A model generated the notes under the pieces. It saw only the letters and a program-made list of their open reading frames with translations, had not been told where the DNA came from and made no database searches. A DNA stretch of 64,000 nt from Octopus vulgaris (Eukaryota): positions 62,682,001 to 62,746,000 of the forward strand of contig OX597825.1 of assembly GCA_951406725.2 (NCBI GenBank), in the 5' to 3' direction. Below are positions 53,456-64,000 of this stretch, piece after piece (position 1 is the first letter of the stretch; the number at the start of each line of letters is the position of its first letter). The position numbers were made by a program, and so were the translations under genes.

Positions 53456-53628
53456 ACACATATATATGACCGGCTTCTTTCAGTTTCGGTCTACCAAATC
53501 CACTCAAAAGGCTTTGGTCAGCCTGAGGCTATAGTAGAAGACACTTGCCTGTGGTGCCATGCGATGGGACTGATCCTGGAACCCTGTGATTGATAAGCAA
53601 GCCACTGAACACACAGCCACTCCTGTGC
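53186..53628 (-). mobile_element. SINE family A
   Basis: Near full length. Confidence 0.85.
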
Positions 53629-53833
53629 TTATTCATTCAAATCCTAACTATTTTTCCTTACAACATCCACCCTACACAACCAACAATATCACCTCTCTGC
53701 TTTGTCTTCTCCTTTTCTCAACCCTCTGATATTAACCCATCCTCTTTTGCCTCTTCCCTACCATGTTCCCACTCCTTATTAGTGTTTCCTCTACTTCTGA
53801 TGTTACCACAGTCCCTATCACAACCTTAAATTT

Positions 53834-54011
53834 AGATTATTTACATTATTTACATTTGACAAATATTTGTCCTCATCTTTTTTGTTGTTAACACAACGTT
53901 TTGGCTGATATACCCTCCAGTCTTCATCAGGTGTCTTGGGGAAATTTCGAACCTGGGTTCTCATTCCTAAAGTATTTTTCGATGTTGTTATTATTATTAT
54001 TATTGTTGTTG

Positions 54012-54092
<81 letters not shown>

Positions 54093-55110
54093 TATGTTTG
54101 ACTTTTGCTTTATGTTTGTACAAGTTGGCTCCAAGTCTCACCCAGAGACCTCAAGAGACAACAGGTTGGAAGTTTACGTTGTTGTTATGCCTAGTGTGCC
54201 ATATATTTGTTGTTTTTTTATGTTTGTACTAGTGAATGCCTAATAAATAAATTAAAAAAAAAAAGTTTGTTTTAAACCTTGAGATTACATAGAGAGTATT
54301 TTGCGTAGGATATGAGCAGTTCCCATGAGCACTATCTTTTGAATTTCTGCCATTTTGGGGTTTCCTGGTATCTGAGTTAGGTAGAAATCAGCCCCTTTGG
54401 CTATCATTCCCAGGGCACTTATGACAACAGGTATTGCTTTAGTCTTCAGGTTCCACATTTTGCTGATTTCTATTTCAAGATCTTTATATTTGCTCAGTTT
54501 TTGGTAGGTCTTGACAGATACGTTTATATCGATTGGGACAGTCAAATCAATGAGGAGGCATGTTCTTTGTCTGAAGTCTTTCAATATGATGTCTGGCCGG
54601 TTTGCATCTATCTTTCTGTCAGTTTGAATGGTGAAGTTCCAGAGGAGTGAGATGTGGTCATTTTCAAGCACTGGAGGTGGATTGTGTTCCCACCAGTTTT
54701 TTTCATGGGGCAAATCCAGGTTTTTGCAAATTACCCAGTGAATATATTGTGCAGCTCTATCATGCCTGTTGAGGTACTCTGTAGGTGCTAGAAGACTTCA
54801 CTTGAAGACAACATGATCAATGGTTTCATTTTGTTGTCGACATACACAACATGTTGGGCTACTGCCGTTCTTTAATATGTTGGCCTGGTAGTTTCTTGTT
54901 GGTAGGCATTGATCTTGAGCTGCTATGATAAACCCTTCTGTTTCAGATTTTAAGCCAGAGGCTATTAGCCATTGATGGGTCAGGGCTTTGTTAATATCTG
55001 CATTATTTGCTCTCTTATTATTATTATTATTATTGTCACTGCCTGGAATCGAACTTGGAATCTTGGGGTTAGTAGCCCGCACTCTTAACCACTATGGCAT
55101 ATAAAACTGT
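53834..55110 (-). mobile_element. tRNA-hammerhead element, third locus, split by an R4/Dong insertion
   Basis: Body and HHR 53834-53990, (TAA)n, tRNA head 55034-55100, sense tail remnant TATAAAACTGT; TSD ACAACCTTAAATTT 53820-53833 vs ACAACCATAAATTT 55111-55124. Confidence 0.8.
54091..55015 (-). mobile_element. 5'-truncated R4/Dong-clade non-LTR retrotransposon (restriction-like endonuclease C-terminus)
   Basis: SETEGFIIAAQDQCLPTRNY, CCVCRQQNETIDHV zinc knuckle, RHD, NRPDII..IDLTVP..KLSKYKDLEIEISKMW..IPVVISALG; stop at 54285; both ends in (TAA)n. Confidence 0.88.
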
Positions 55111-55201
55111 ACAACCATAAATTTGTTTGTTAGCTTCTTAGCTTCTCTCATCATTCTATCTAAAATCATTACACATGCTATCCTTTTTATTTTCTTTAAA
55201 G

Positions 55202-56171
55202 CAGGGGTAGGGGAAACTTTTTAGTGTGGCGGGCAAAAATTCCCTAAGAAAAAGGTCTGTGGACGAATGACATGTTCTAACTCTGACATCTGTAAATCTT
55301 GTATATATATCTATGTATGATGTGATATACATTAATAAAGATAAGTTTAACACATTAAATTAACGTCTAACATCTTCATTAATGCTGCCACTGAATTTAG
55401 GACGTTTATATTACTTATGAGGTATTCTATTTTTTCAACTTAAGTGTATTTGGGTCTCAAGGGGGTGGTATAAAATCTCTATCAATATCTGTTTTATAGT
55501 GAAAACAAAATTTCCATTCAAATGGCAATTACCGAACAATTTCTGACCATTTTAAGTGGTTTTGGAAATGCGACCTATGTCGCAAACAGGTATTCTTTTC
55601 TTTTTACTCTTTTTACTTGTTTCAGTCATGTGACTGCAGCCATGCTGGAGCACCGCCTTTAGTCAAACAAATCGACCACAACACTTATTCTTTGTAAGCC
55701 TAGTACTTATTGCATTGGTCTCTTTTGCTGACCCGCTAAGTTACGGGGACGTAAACACACCAGCATCCATTGTCAAGCGATGTTGGGGGGACAAACATGG
55801 ACACACAAGCATACACACACACAAATATATATATACATATATACAATGGGCTTCTTTAAGTTTCCATCTACCAAATCCACTCACAAGGCTTTGGTCGGCC
55901 CGAAGTTATAGTAGAAGACACTTGCCCAAGGTGCCACACAGTAGGACTGAACCCGGAACAATGTGGTTCACAAGCAAGCTACTTACCACACAGCCACTCC
56001 TGTGCCTATACTTACCACACAGCCACTTCTACGCCTATGGTATATGAATATTGTATAGATTTTGATTGAAAACTTAACTATATTTTGTACATGAGTATAC
56101 CAGCATGCGGGCACAATAAAACGGTATTGTGGGCACAATTGTGCCCATGTGCAGGGATTTCCCCACCACTG
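55202..56171. mobile_element. hAT non-autonomous element containing a SINE A (55592-56037, minus)
   Basis: TIRs CAGGGGTAGGGGAA / TTCCCCACCACTG; 8-bp TSD CTTTAAAG vs CTTTATAG. Confidence 0.75.
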
Positions 56172-56417
56172 CTTTATAGGAACAAGGGTCAATTCAAGCC
56201 CTTTGTTTTGAAACTTACAAGGTAACTACACTAGTACTAATGACAGGAAACATATACCCTGGAGTATTTGTAATGTGGGTGGCATAAAGAAGGATATTGA
56301 GCTGTCAAAAACAGAGAGAGAGAGAAGGAGTAAACACTGGAGCATGACATGGTCCTCCAACTCATCGTTTCCTGTAAACTCGCATAACCCATGCTTCGAT
56401 GGTAAAAACTGGTGAAA

Positions 56418-56508
56418 CTGATAATGATAATGATGATGGTGAGGATGATGGTGATGATGGTGATGATGATGATGGTGATGGTGATGATGATGATGATGAT
56501 GGTGGTGG

Positions 56509-56561
<53 letters not shown>

Positions 56562-56790
56562 GTGATGGTGATGATGATGCTGATGATGGTGGTGATGATG
56601 GTGGTGATGAAGGTGATGATGATGGTGAGGATGATGACGACGACGACGATGAGGATGATGATGATAGTGGTGGTGGTGTTGGTGGTAGTGGTGATGGTGA
56701 TGGTGATGGTGGTGGTGGTGGTGATGATGATAATAATGAGGATAATGATAAGGAGGAGGAAGAGGTGGAGGAACATGAAGGAGAAGGAGA
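56418..56790. repeat. (GAT)/(GGT)/(GGA) triplet expansion at an RTE tail
   Basis: Preceded by AACCCATGC..GGTAAAAACTGGTGAAAC, a family C 3' end. Confidence 0.9.
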
Positions 56791-58329
56791 GCCAAAGGAC
56801 ATCAAACAAGAGAATTTTCTATATGGTTCTGGGATTTATTAAATTGCAAACATGATTACCAAAAACGAAGCAATTTTTTTTAACACAGAATTCCAGGAGA
56901 AATCCATTGTCAAAAGTATAAAAAAACAATTTTATAATTCCTTTTTGTATTATTTGTTACAGGTCATTTTTAAATGAGTTTGCTGTTAGTGGAAGAAGTT
57001 TTTATTCTCTCATCAAATGATTACACAGTATTCCAACAGGTAATATCTCCTTCATTGACCTGTTTGATTACATGACAGGCAATTACTAATTGTAATATTT
57101 TATCAGATACCTTTTTGAAAAATAAATATTAGGATTCCTCTGATAGCTTAATAATTATAATTAGGAATGTCATTTAGCTATACACCAATTATTTCAACAA
57201 ACTATACGAAACAAGAATTTGCAAGGATATTTCAGCCTGCTCTGGCAAAAGTTCTTTCTTGTGGAATAACTTACAATTCAATTTAATTTATATCTTCTAC
57301 TGTAATGAATGGTAATCACAGTGAGAATCATATAACTTAGTCCAACAATTAAAATTAATTGAAGAGCTTATGATAAAAAAAGCAGAATAAACAATACGTT
57401 TAAATATGTTGTAATTAAAATAAAAGGACAAAAGGAAATTTCCAAATTGGAAACAATAGCTCCTAAAAAGAAATAATTTAAAAACAGGAAAATTTCAAAT
57501 TAATTCTCGTGTTAAGCTTTGTTCCATTGCATTCAAGCATGAAATTAGTTATGTGTAATTTGAAGTACGTCTGATGAAGATAATAGCATTGGTTTGAAGC
57601 TAAATTAACACAATTTAAAACTCCCAGAATATTTACAAATGCAGAAAGCAAAACAAAAAACAAAATTTTAATGATAGAATTCCCATCTCTGGTAACATTT
57701 GGCACTTAAAATATTATTTCCAATAGTATTTTCACACACAAAAAAATGTAATGCTAAATATTAATGTTCCGCAAACATAAACATTTCTGATGCTTTCTAA
57801 ATCCATATATTTTGAGTAAAATTGCTAAACCAATTACATCTGAAGGATGAGAGTAAAGTGCTCATTCATGGCAATATTACTTTAAATTTTTATAAAATAG
57901 TTAATAATTTCATTGTTGCAGGTGAGAGAACAGCTTAGTTTTATGTTTAGAAATGGTTAGTCCCTGTAATAGGTAACTTAGCAAAACAAATTGGAAATAA
58001 AAGCAGAATTGTAATTATTTGCCTGGATACAAAATAGAGAACTAAATACCAGATAAAGTTTATACTGAAGGGGGCAAAAATCAGAGAAACAGAGTTCATG
58101 GTTTTATGCAAACATGTAATCAAAAACGTAATTTCACTTGAATGCGAAAGAAATTGCTTCAAAGGAAATGCATTAAGGAGAGATGGTAGCAGTCAAAAGT
58201 TCTAACTCATTACAGGAATGAGAATGTTAAGTATAAGATATAAACCAAAAGTATAAAAAACAAAATACAGAGAGGAACGCAGTCAGGCTAGGAATGTTTA
58301 GTGTGCAGTGTCTGGAAGAGTGGAAGAAA

Positions 58330-58965
58330 TCATCATCATCATCATCATCATCGTTTAACGTCCGCTTTCCATGCTAGCATGGGTTGAACAATTTGACTGA
58401 GGACTGGCAAACAAGATGGCTGCACCAGGCTCGAATCTTGATCTAGCAGAGTTTCTAAAGCTGGATGCCCTTCCTAATGCCAACCACTCTGAGAGTGTAG
58501 TGGCTGCTTTTATGTGCCACCAGCACGAGGGCCAGTCAGGCGGTACTGGCAACGGCCACGAAAAATTCCTGTTTTTTTTTTACGTGTCACCTGCACACTG
58601 GCACAAATGCCAGTAAGGTGACACTGATAATGATTAAGCTCGAATGGTGCTTTTTAGGTGCCACCAGCATGAATGCCAGTTAGCTGCTCTGGCAACGATC
58701 ACGCTTGGATGGTGCTCTTAGTGCTCCACTAGCAAGGATGTCAGTCATCGAATTTGATTTCGATTTCACTTGCCTCAACAGGTCTTTGCAAGTAGTGTCC
58801 AGTGAAGGGAAGGTATGCATAAATAGGCTCGTTACACCCCTGACATAGGCCACAAGGTTATGGTCTCATTTGGCTTGCCGGGTCTTCTCAAGCACATCAT
58901 ATTACCAAAAGTCTCAGTCACTGGTCATTGCCTCGGTGAGGCCTAATGTTCGAAGGTCGTGCTTC
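58330..58965 (-). mobile_element. RTE-clade LINE 3' end: ORF2 terminus plus full 3' UTR
   Basis: HDLRTLGLTEAMTSD*DFW*YDVLEKTRQAK* then family C UTR and (GAT)n. Confidence 0.8.
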
Positions 58966-59179
58966 TCCAATATAAATATATAAACAATGATAAAGCGAGA
59001 ACATACTGCATGAACTTGATATGATGCAAGGAAGTAGTAAAGAAGACTTGGGGTAAAGTGAATGAGTGAATAAATATACGTTCATATGTGTAAAAGGCAA
59101 AATACAATCACAAAACTATACAATGTAAATAGGAAAGCATAAACGGTGAAGATATACACATACACACTTTACCTACATA

Positions 59180-59573
59180 AGTGGCTGTGTGGTAAGTAGC
59201 TTGTCTACCACCCACATGGTTCCGGGTTCAGTCCCACTGCGTGGCACCTTGGGCGAGTGTCTACTGCTATAGCCTCGGGCCGACCAAAGCCTTGTGAGTG
59301 GATTTGGTAGACGGAAACTGAAAGAAGCCTGTCGTATATATGTATATGTATGTGTGTGTGTTTGTGTGTCTGTGTTTTTCCCCCTAGCATTGCTTGACAA
59401 CCGATGCTGGTGTGTTTATGTCCCCGTTACTTAGCGGTTCAGCAAAAGTCCGATAGAATAAGTACTGGGCTTACAAAAAAAGAATAAGTCCCGGGGTCGA
59501 GTTGCTCGATTAAAGGCGGTGCTCCAGCATGGCCGCAGTCAAATGACTGAAACAAGTAAAAGAGTAAAAGAGT
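59180..59573 (+). mobile_element. SINE family A, young
   Basis: CpG-rich, near consensus of the in-window copies. Confidence 0.9.
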
Positions 59574-60830
59574 ATATTTACTGTATAGTTATATATGTAT
59601 GCTAAGATATGAAATACGTATCTGCTCACAGCTTTTGAGAGACCATAGTTGTTTCATAGGTCTTAGCTGCGTTCGTGACATTGATCTCCCTCTCTTTAAC
59701 AATTTCAGTACAGTAAAGCATGTTGCAATGTTTACAAGAATTGTAATTGATGATGTTAAAGGAGCAACTATCAAGATAATCAAGGATTATAAATAGTCCT
59801 TAGAACCAGCTACTTTGACTTAGAAATATACGAACAAGTAGTGCTGCATCACTTGCAGAACATTTGACTGTTCTACTTTGAGCTTCCTTGGAAGCTATGA
59901 TGCTACTGACATGAAGGCTGCATGAATATTTATCCCTTAAAGGAGAACTGAAGAAACTGACAGACGATAGCATGAGATGTTAATGGTTCCCGCAGAATAA
60001 GGATATCGAAGTAAAGAATTCTGTCTTTCATCTTCATAAGCATCAGTAATTGCTGTTGACTCGAATGTATGCTTGAGATTTGACACAGAAAAATGTGGAA
60101 TTATATCAACAGAAAACAGAAAATTTTAACTACAAATTAATAGAAGGGATGTGAGACATGCAGATATATTAATAGAAGTCACTGTTTCAGAAAATCATCC
60201 TGTGATAAATTCCTTATTCTCACTGCCATAGATGAGTAACAAGCTCACTGAAATACACTTCAGAGAAAATGGGATGGAATAATATTAATAACTACTTTCA
60301 TCTAGATGACTAATTCATTAATATATTGTCTTGAATGTCATTAAGTAATTTATAACTTAAAAGTGCTTATTTCATGTAAGCAATCAAGTAATATTTCAAA
60401 TACAAGGTCATTATACTTTCAAAACAAAGGTTTATTACAATTTATGACATAAATATTTATGTCATGTTAACAAGGAAATTACTTAATAATCATTTCTATG
60501 TCTGCATACTACTACACAAAGGTGTATGTCTTTGAAATATGTTTGCATATAGCACTCTTGTTTATCATAAGTAGAATATATTGAGCAAAACAATTACTAA
60601 TGAGATATGTCAAAAGAGGTAGAAACATAAAAGCTACTTGCAAATACTTCAAGATATGAAAGATTTAGTATCAATGCAAATTTTGATATCTTAATCAGGA
60701 ATAAACTGATAACATCTCTGAATAAATGTTAAGTGCAAAAAACATAGGTAAATTTCTTGACTCAAAGAGATAAAGAATATCTAAAAACTCAATAAAAAGC
60801 ATTTTCTTTATAAGCATGTATGTATTTAAA

Positions 60831-60893
<63 letters not shown>

Positions 60894-60977
60894 CATACAT
60901 ATATATATATATACATACATATATATATATATCATCATCATCATTGTTTAACGTCCACTTTCCATGCTAGCATGAAA

Positions 60978-61236
60978 TAAGGCACTCAGAAATTTGGATG
61001 GTTTTATATTTACAGATTTTTATTAATATGTCACATGCTTTTATAAATCATATATTAGTGCTTGCATCCACTCTAGTGGATTCTTCTGAAGAATACATTA
61101 AATAGGATGCAAGTGCTAAATTATGATTTATAAAAACATGTGACATTTTAATAAAAATCTGTAAATATAAAACCATCCAGATTTCTGAGTACCTTAATTC
61201 TTCTAATATATAATACCTGTTCATCATCTTCAAACC

Positions 61237-61241
<5 letters not shown>
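60978..61241 (+). repeat. Asymmetric fold-back cassette (Penelope-type scar)
   Basis: Arms 60978-61069 and 61105-61196; about 45 nt extension on the right, then (TA)n. Confidence 0.65.
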
Positions 61242-61290
<49 letters not shown>

Positions 61291-61654
61291 CATATATCTA
61301 TATACATACTTACTTACATATATATACATATATATATAATCAAAATAAGCAACAAGGATGGATATATCCTTGTTGCTAATTATGATTTTAATCACCTTAG
61401 TTTGAAATTGTATGGATAATACTGTACTAAATTCTGGTTGCCTCAACTTAAGAACCATATTCATCTGTTTTCATGTGATAAATTTCTTAGAAATGCTACG
61501 TTCTAAGTTTAACGTTTAAAATTTTTAGTTAACTGGTATTCTTCAGTAAGATAAGTTATGATTTTATTTTTCATTAATATTGTTAAATTTTATTCGATTA
61601 TCTATTGTTACAATACGTTTGTTTGTTACATACATACATTTATTTTATTATTTT

Positions 61655-61890
61655 AGACCTGAAGAGTGACTATATTTTTTAATCGAATTAATTTTAAATC
61701 AAATTAATTTTAATAGTATCGCTTTTATTATTACTGATTTAAAGATATATTCACAAAGCACGCATAGTCAATTTAATGCTTATTTAATTTATTGATTTTA
61801 ATAGTATTTATTATAGTATATTTAAATTTTTCTATTTAATATGGATAATGTCTTTCACTATTGAATTGCTTAATAGAGGTTATTTCTCTT
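61655..61890 (+). mobile_element. Second, decayed copy of the long-stem-II hammerhead repeat
   Basis: AGACCTGAAGAGTGACTATATTTTT...CACGCATAGTC and TCTTTCACTATTGAATTG.TTAATAGAGGTT shared with 16669-16913. Confidence 0.7.
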
Positions 61891-61934
61891 AATTATATAC
61901 TTACATACATATATTACACCAATATAAATTACTT

Positions 61935-63190
61935 GAGTGCTGGAATCAGTCTGGGTGAACAAAAAGTCCAGCAAGTTGTTCAGAATATGTATGGAATCTA
62001 ATAACTCAGCTGGAAGCAGCAATCTCACCAGACTTCGTCTTCTACATAACACCAAAACCATGCTCGTGAATTTTGAAGGTGGCCTATACTGTGATGACAA
62101 CCACTTAGCTCTTAATAATCAAAACCCACATCTCACGGAAAATATTTGAATGAATTTATACAGCTTAAGGCGCAGGAGTGGCTATGTGGTAAGTAGTTTG
62201 TTTACCAACTACATGGTTCCGGGTTCAGTCACACTGCGTGGCACCTTGGGCAAGTGTCTTCTACTATAGGCTCCAGCCGACCAAAGCCTTGTGAGTGGAT
62301 TTGGTAGACGGAAACTGAAAGAAGCCCGTCGTATATATGTATATATATGCGTGTGTGTGATTGTGTGTCTGTGTTTGTCCCCCTGGCATAGCTTGACAAC
62401 TGATGCTGGTGTGTTTATGTCGCCGTTACATAGCGGTTCGGCAAGAGAGACCAATAGAATAAGTACTGGGCTTACAAAAGAATAAGTCTCGGGGTCGAGT
62501 TGCTCAATTAAAGGCGGTGCTCCAGTATGGCCACAGTCAAATGACTGAAACAAGTAAAAGAGTAAAAGAGTAAAGAGAGTAAGCCAAATCACAGAAAAAC
62601 GTACACATTTATTGTTATCACTTTAGTCCACAGTATATCCTATGAATTTTCATACTTTTCATTCAACCAAAATTTTTTACTGGCATAAAATCTTATAGAA
62701 TTATATGCTCTCTAAACGTTGACTGAAAGTTATCTTTTCTTAACATAGAACCCAGTATCAGATCATGATCACACTGAAATAACATCAACATGGCATGTGT
62801 CATCAACCTCATATAATTTTACCATATCTTCAGTATTAACATGAACTTCGTTTACTAAGTAAAAATGTTTCCCACAGCAAAAGCACCATAGAATAGTCAA
62901 CAAAAATATCACTAAAATTTCAAATTCCAATACTTGTAATTTTGGTGAAACCTTAGCTGCATACAAGCTGCATAAATCAATGAAACAAAAACTTAAGCTT
63001 CTACCAAATCCTGCAAATCCACTAACATATTACATGATGAGAAGTAGTTAACAGAAAAATGAGTTTCAAGCCATACAATCCAAGCAAAAGCATTGGTATG
63101 GACAAGAAGAAAAAACAGATAGTGTCCTTTCTTTCAATTTGCCAGATATAATCATGGACTGGACACAAATGGAGAGAAACCATGAGATTT
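61935..63190 (+). pseudogene. Ancient RTE-like reverse transcriptase remnant interrupted by a SINE A
   Basis: NLTRLRLLHNTKTMLV..LYCDD (cf. FNLRRL..KTKV..LLFADD), CNFGETLAAYK (cf. LYGCETW), SWTGHK (cf. LRWxGHV) in the expected order. Confidence 0.45.
62168..62580 (+). mobile_element. SINE family A, full length, young
   Basis: Complete head to tail. Confidence 0.9.
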
Positions 63191-63651
63191 CATTGAAAGA
63201 CAACCCAGAAAAAATACAAACATATTTATATGTGTGTTTGTAGATTTGTAAGTGCAGGTATGGTTGTGTAGTTTAAAAGTTTGTTTCTCATCCAAACGGA
63301 TTTGTTTTCAGTCCTATTGGGTAGAACCTAGAGCAAGTGTCATCTTCTATAGCACAAGGCCTACCAAAGCCCTGTGAGAAGTTCTGGATAGTGGAAACAG
63401 AAAAAATTCCTTCTCATAAATGTGTGTGAGTGTGTGCATGCATGCATGTGTTTGTGTGAGTTATTGTCTTCATGCCTTGACATAATCTAACAGCTGTAAA
63501 TGAGAATAACAGTTCTATAAGTGGTATAGTTTGTTTGCAGTCTTTTATTAAATATGTCTGGCTAATAATTTATTCCAAAACAGGTGATAGGATTAGTAAC
63601 AAGGAGATTCAGCCATACACGCACACACTCACACATGCACACGCACATTGC

Positions 63652-63850
63652 CTTATTTCTGTTCTGCTGGTTGCAGGTCTCCCAGAGCATTCGTCAATAT
63701 CGACATTTTTTCTGCCATCTTGGAAACATCTGAACCCCTTATGTGTGGCTCAGACACTTTCTGCAGCTTCGCACTGGCCTCTGAGCAGGTATCGCCATTA
63801 CAACTTTCTGAGATTGTTAATGCAAAGATCACATGCTACACATGTTCCTT
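63652..63850 (-). pseudogene. Mariner transposase N-terminal fragment
   Basis: FRCFQDGRKNVDIDECSGRPATSRTE matches the mariner RFxxGRxxxxDxxRSGRP motif. Confidence 0.7.
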
Positions 63851-64000
63851 CCAAGCACTGCTGTAAAGAGCATGCTTTACCTTCATCACAATGGCAACAG
63901 TGTGGATCATTTCGACATCTAACATGTGGCACCCATTGCACCTGTACAGGTAATTTCGATTAGATGGAGGGAGTGAGTCTATGTCTACACAAGCATTTGA

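Noticed and set aside
50599-56855. Poly-His, poly-Ser and poly-Asp ORFs of 147-194 aa
   Set aside because: Open in nearly all frames on both strands; triplet expansions at retroelement tails with no splice or domain context

Overview
AT-rich, microsatellite-dense animal DNA. The SINE families and repeat landscape point to an octopus (coleoid cephalopod) intergenic or intronic region; this is inferred, not searched. I can support no intact host protein-coding gene: nearly all long ORFs in the track are (TA)n/(CA)n/(TACA)n/(CAT)n artefacts. The window is built from retroelements (several tRNA-derived SINE families, RTE-clade LINE 3' ends, a decayed Penelope-like element (PLE) RT/GIY-YIG fragment, a 5'-truncated R4/Dong-type element in a (TAA)n tract) and DNA transposons (two Tc1 pseudogenes, one with DD36E spacing, plus mariner, hAT, piggyBac-like and Helitron non-autonomous copies). 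The most notable signal is a non-coding element made of a tRNA-like Pol III head, a microsatellite spacer and a minimal type I hammerhead ribozyme (HHR). It occurs at three loci (11069-11648, 49961-50422, 53820-55124), each time as an inverted, asymmetric insertion with a 12-14 bp TSD, as expected for Penelope-mediated retrotransposition. Several unrelated hammerhead motifs and asymmetric fold-back cassettes also sit in (TA)n tracts.
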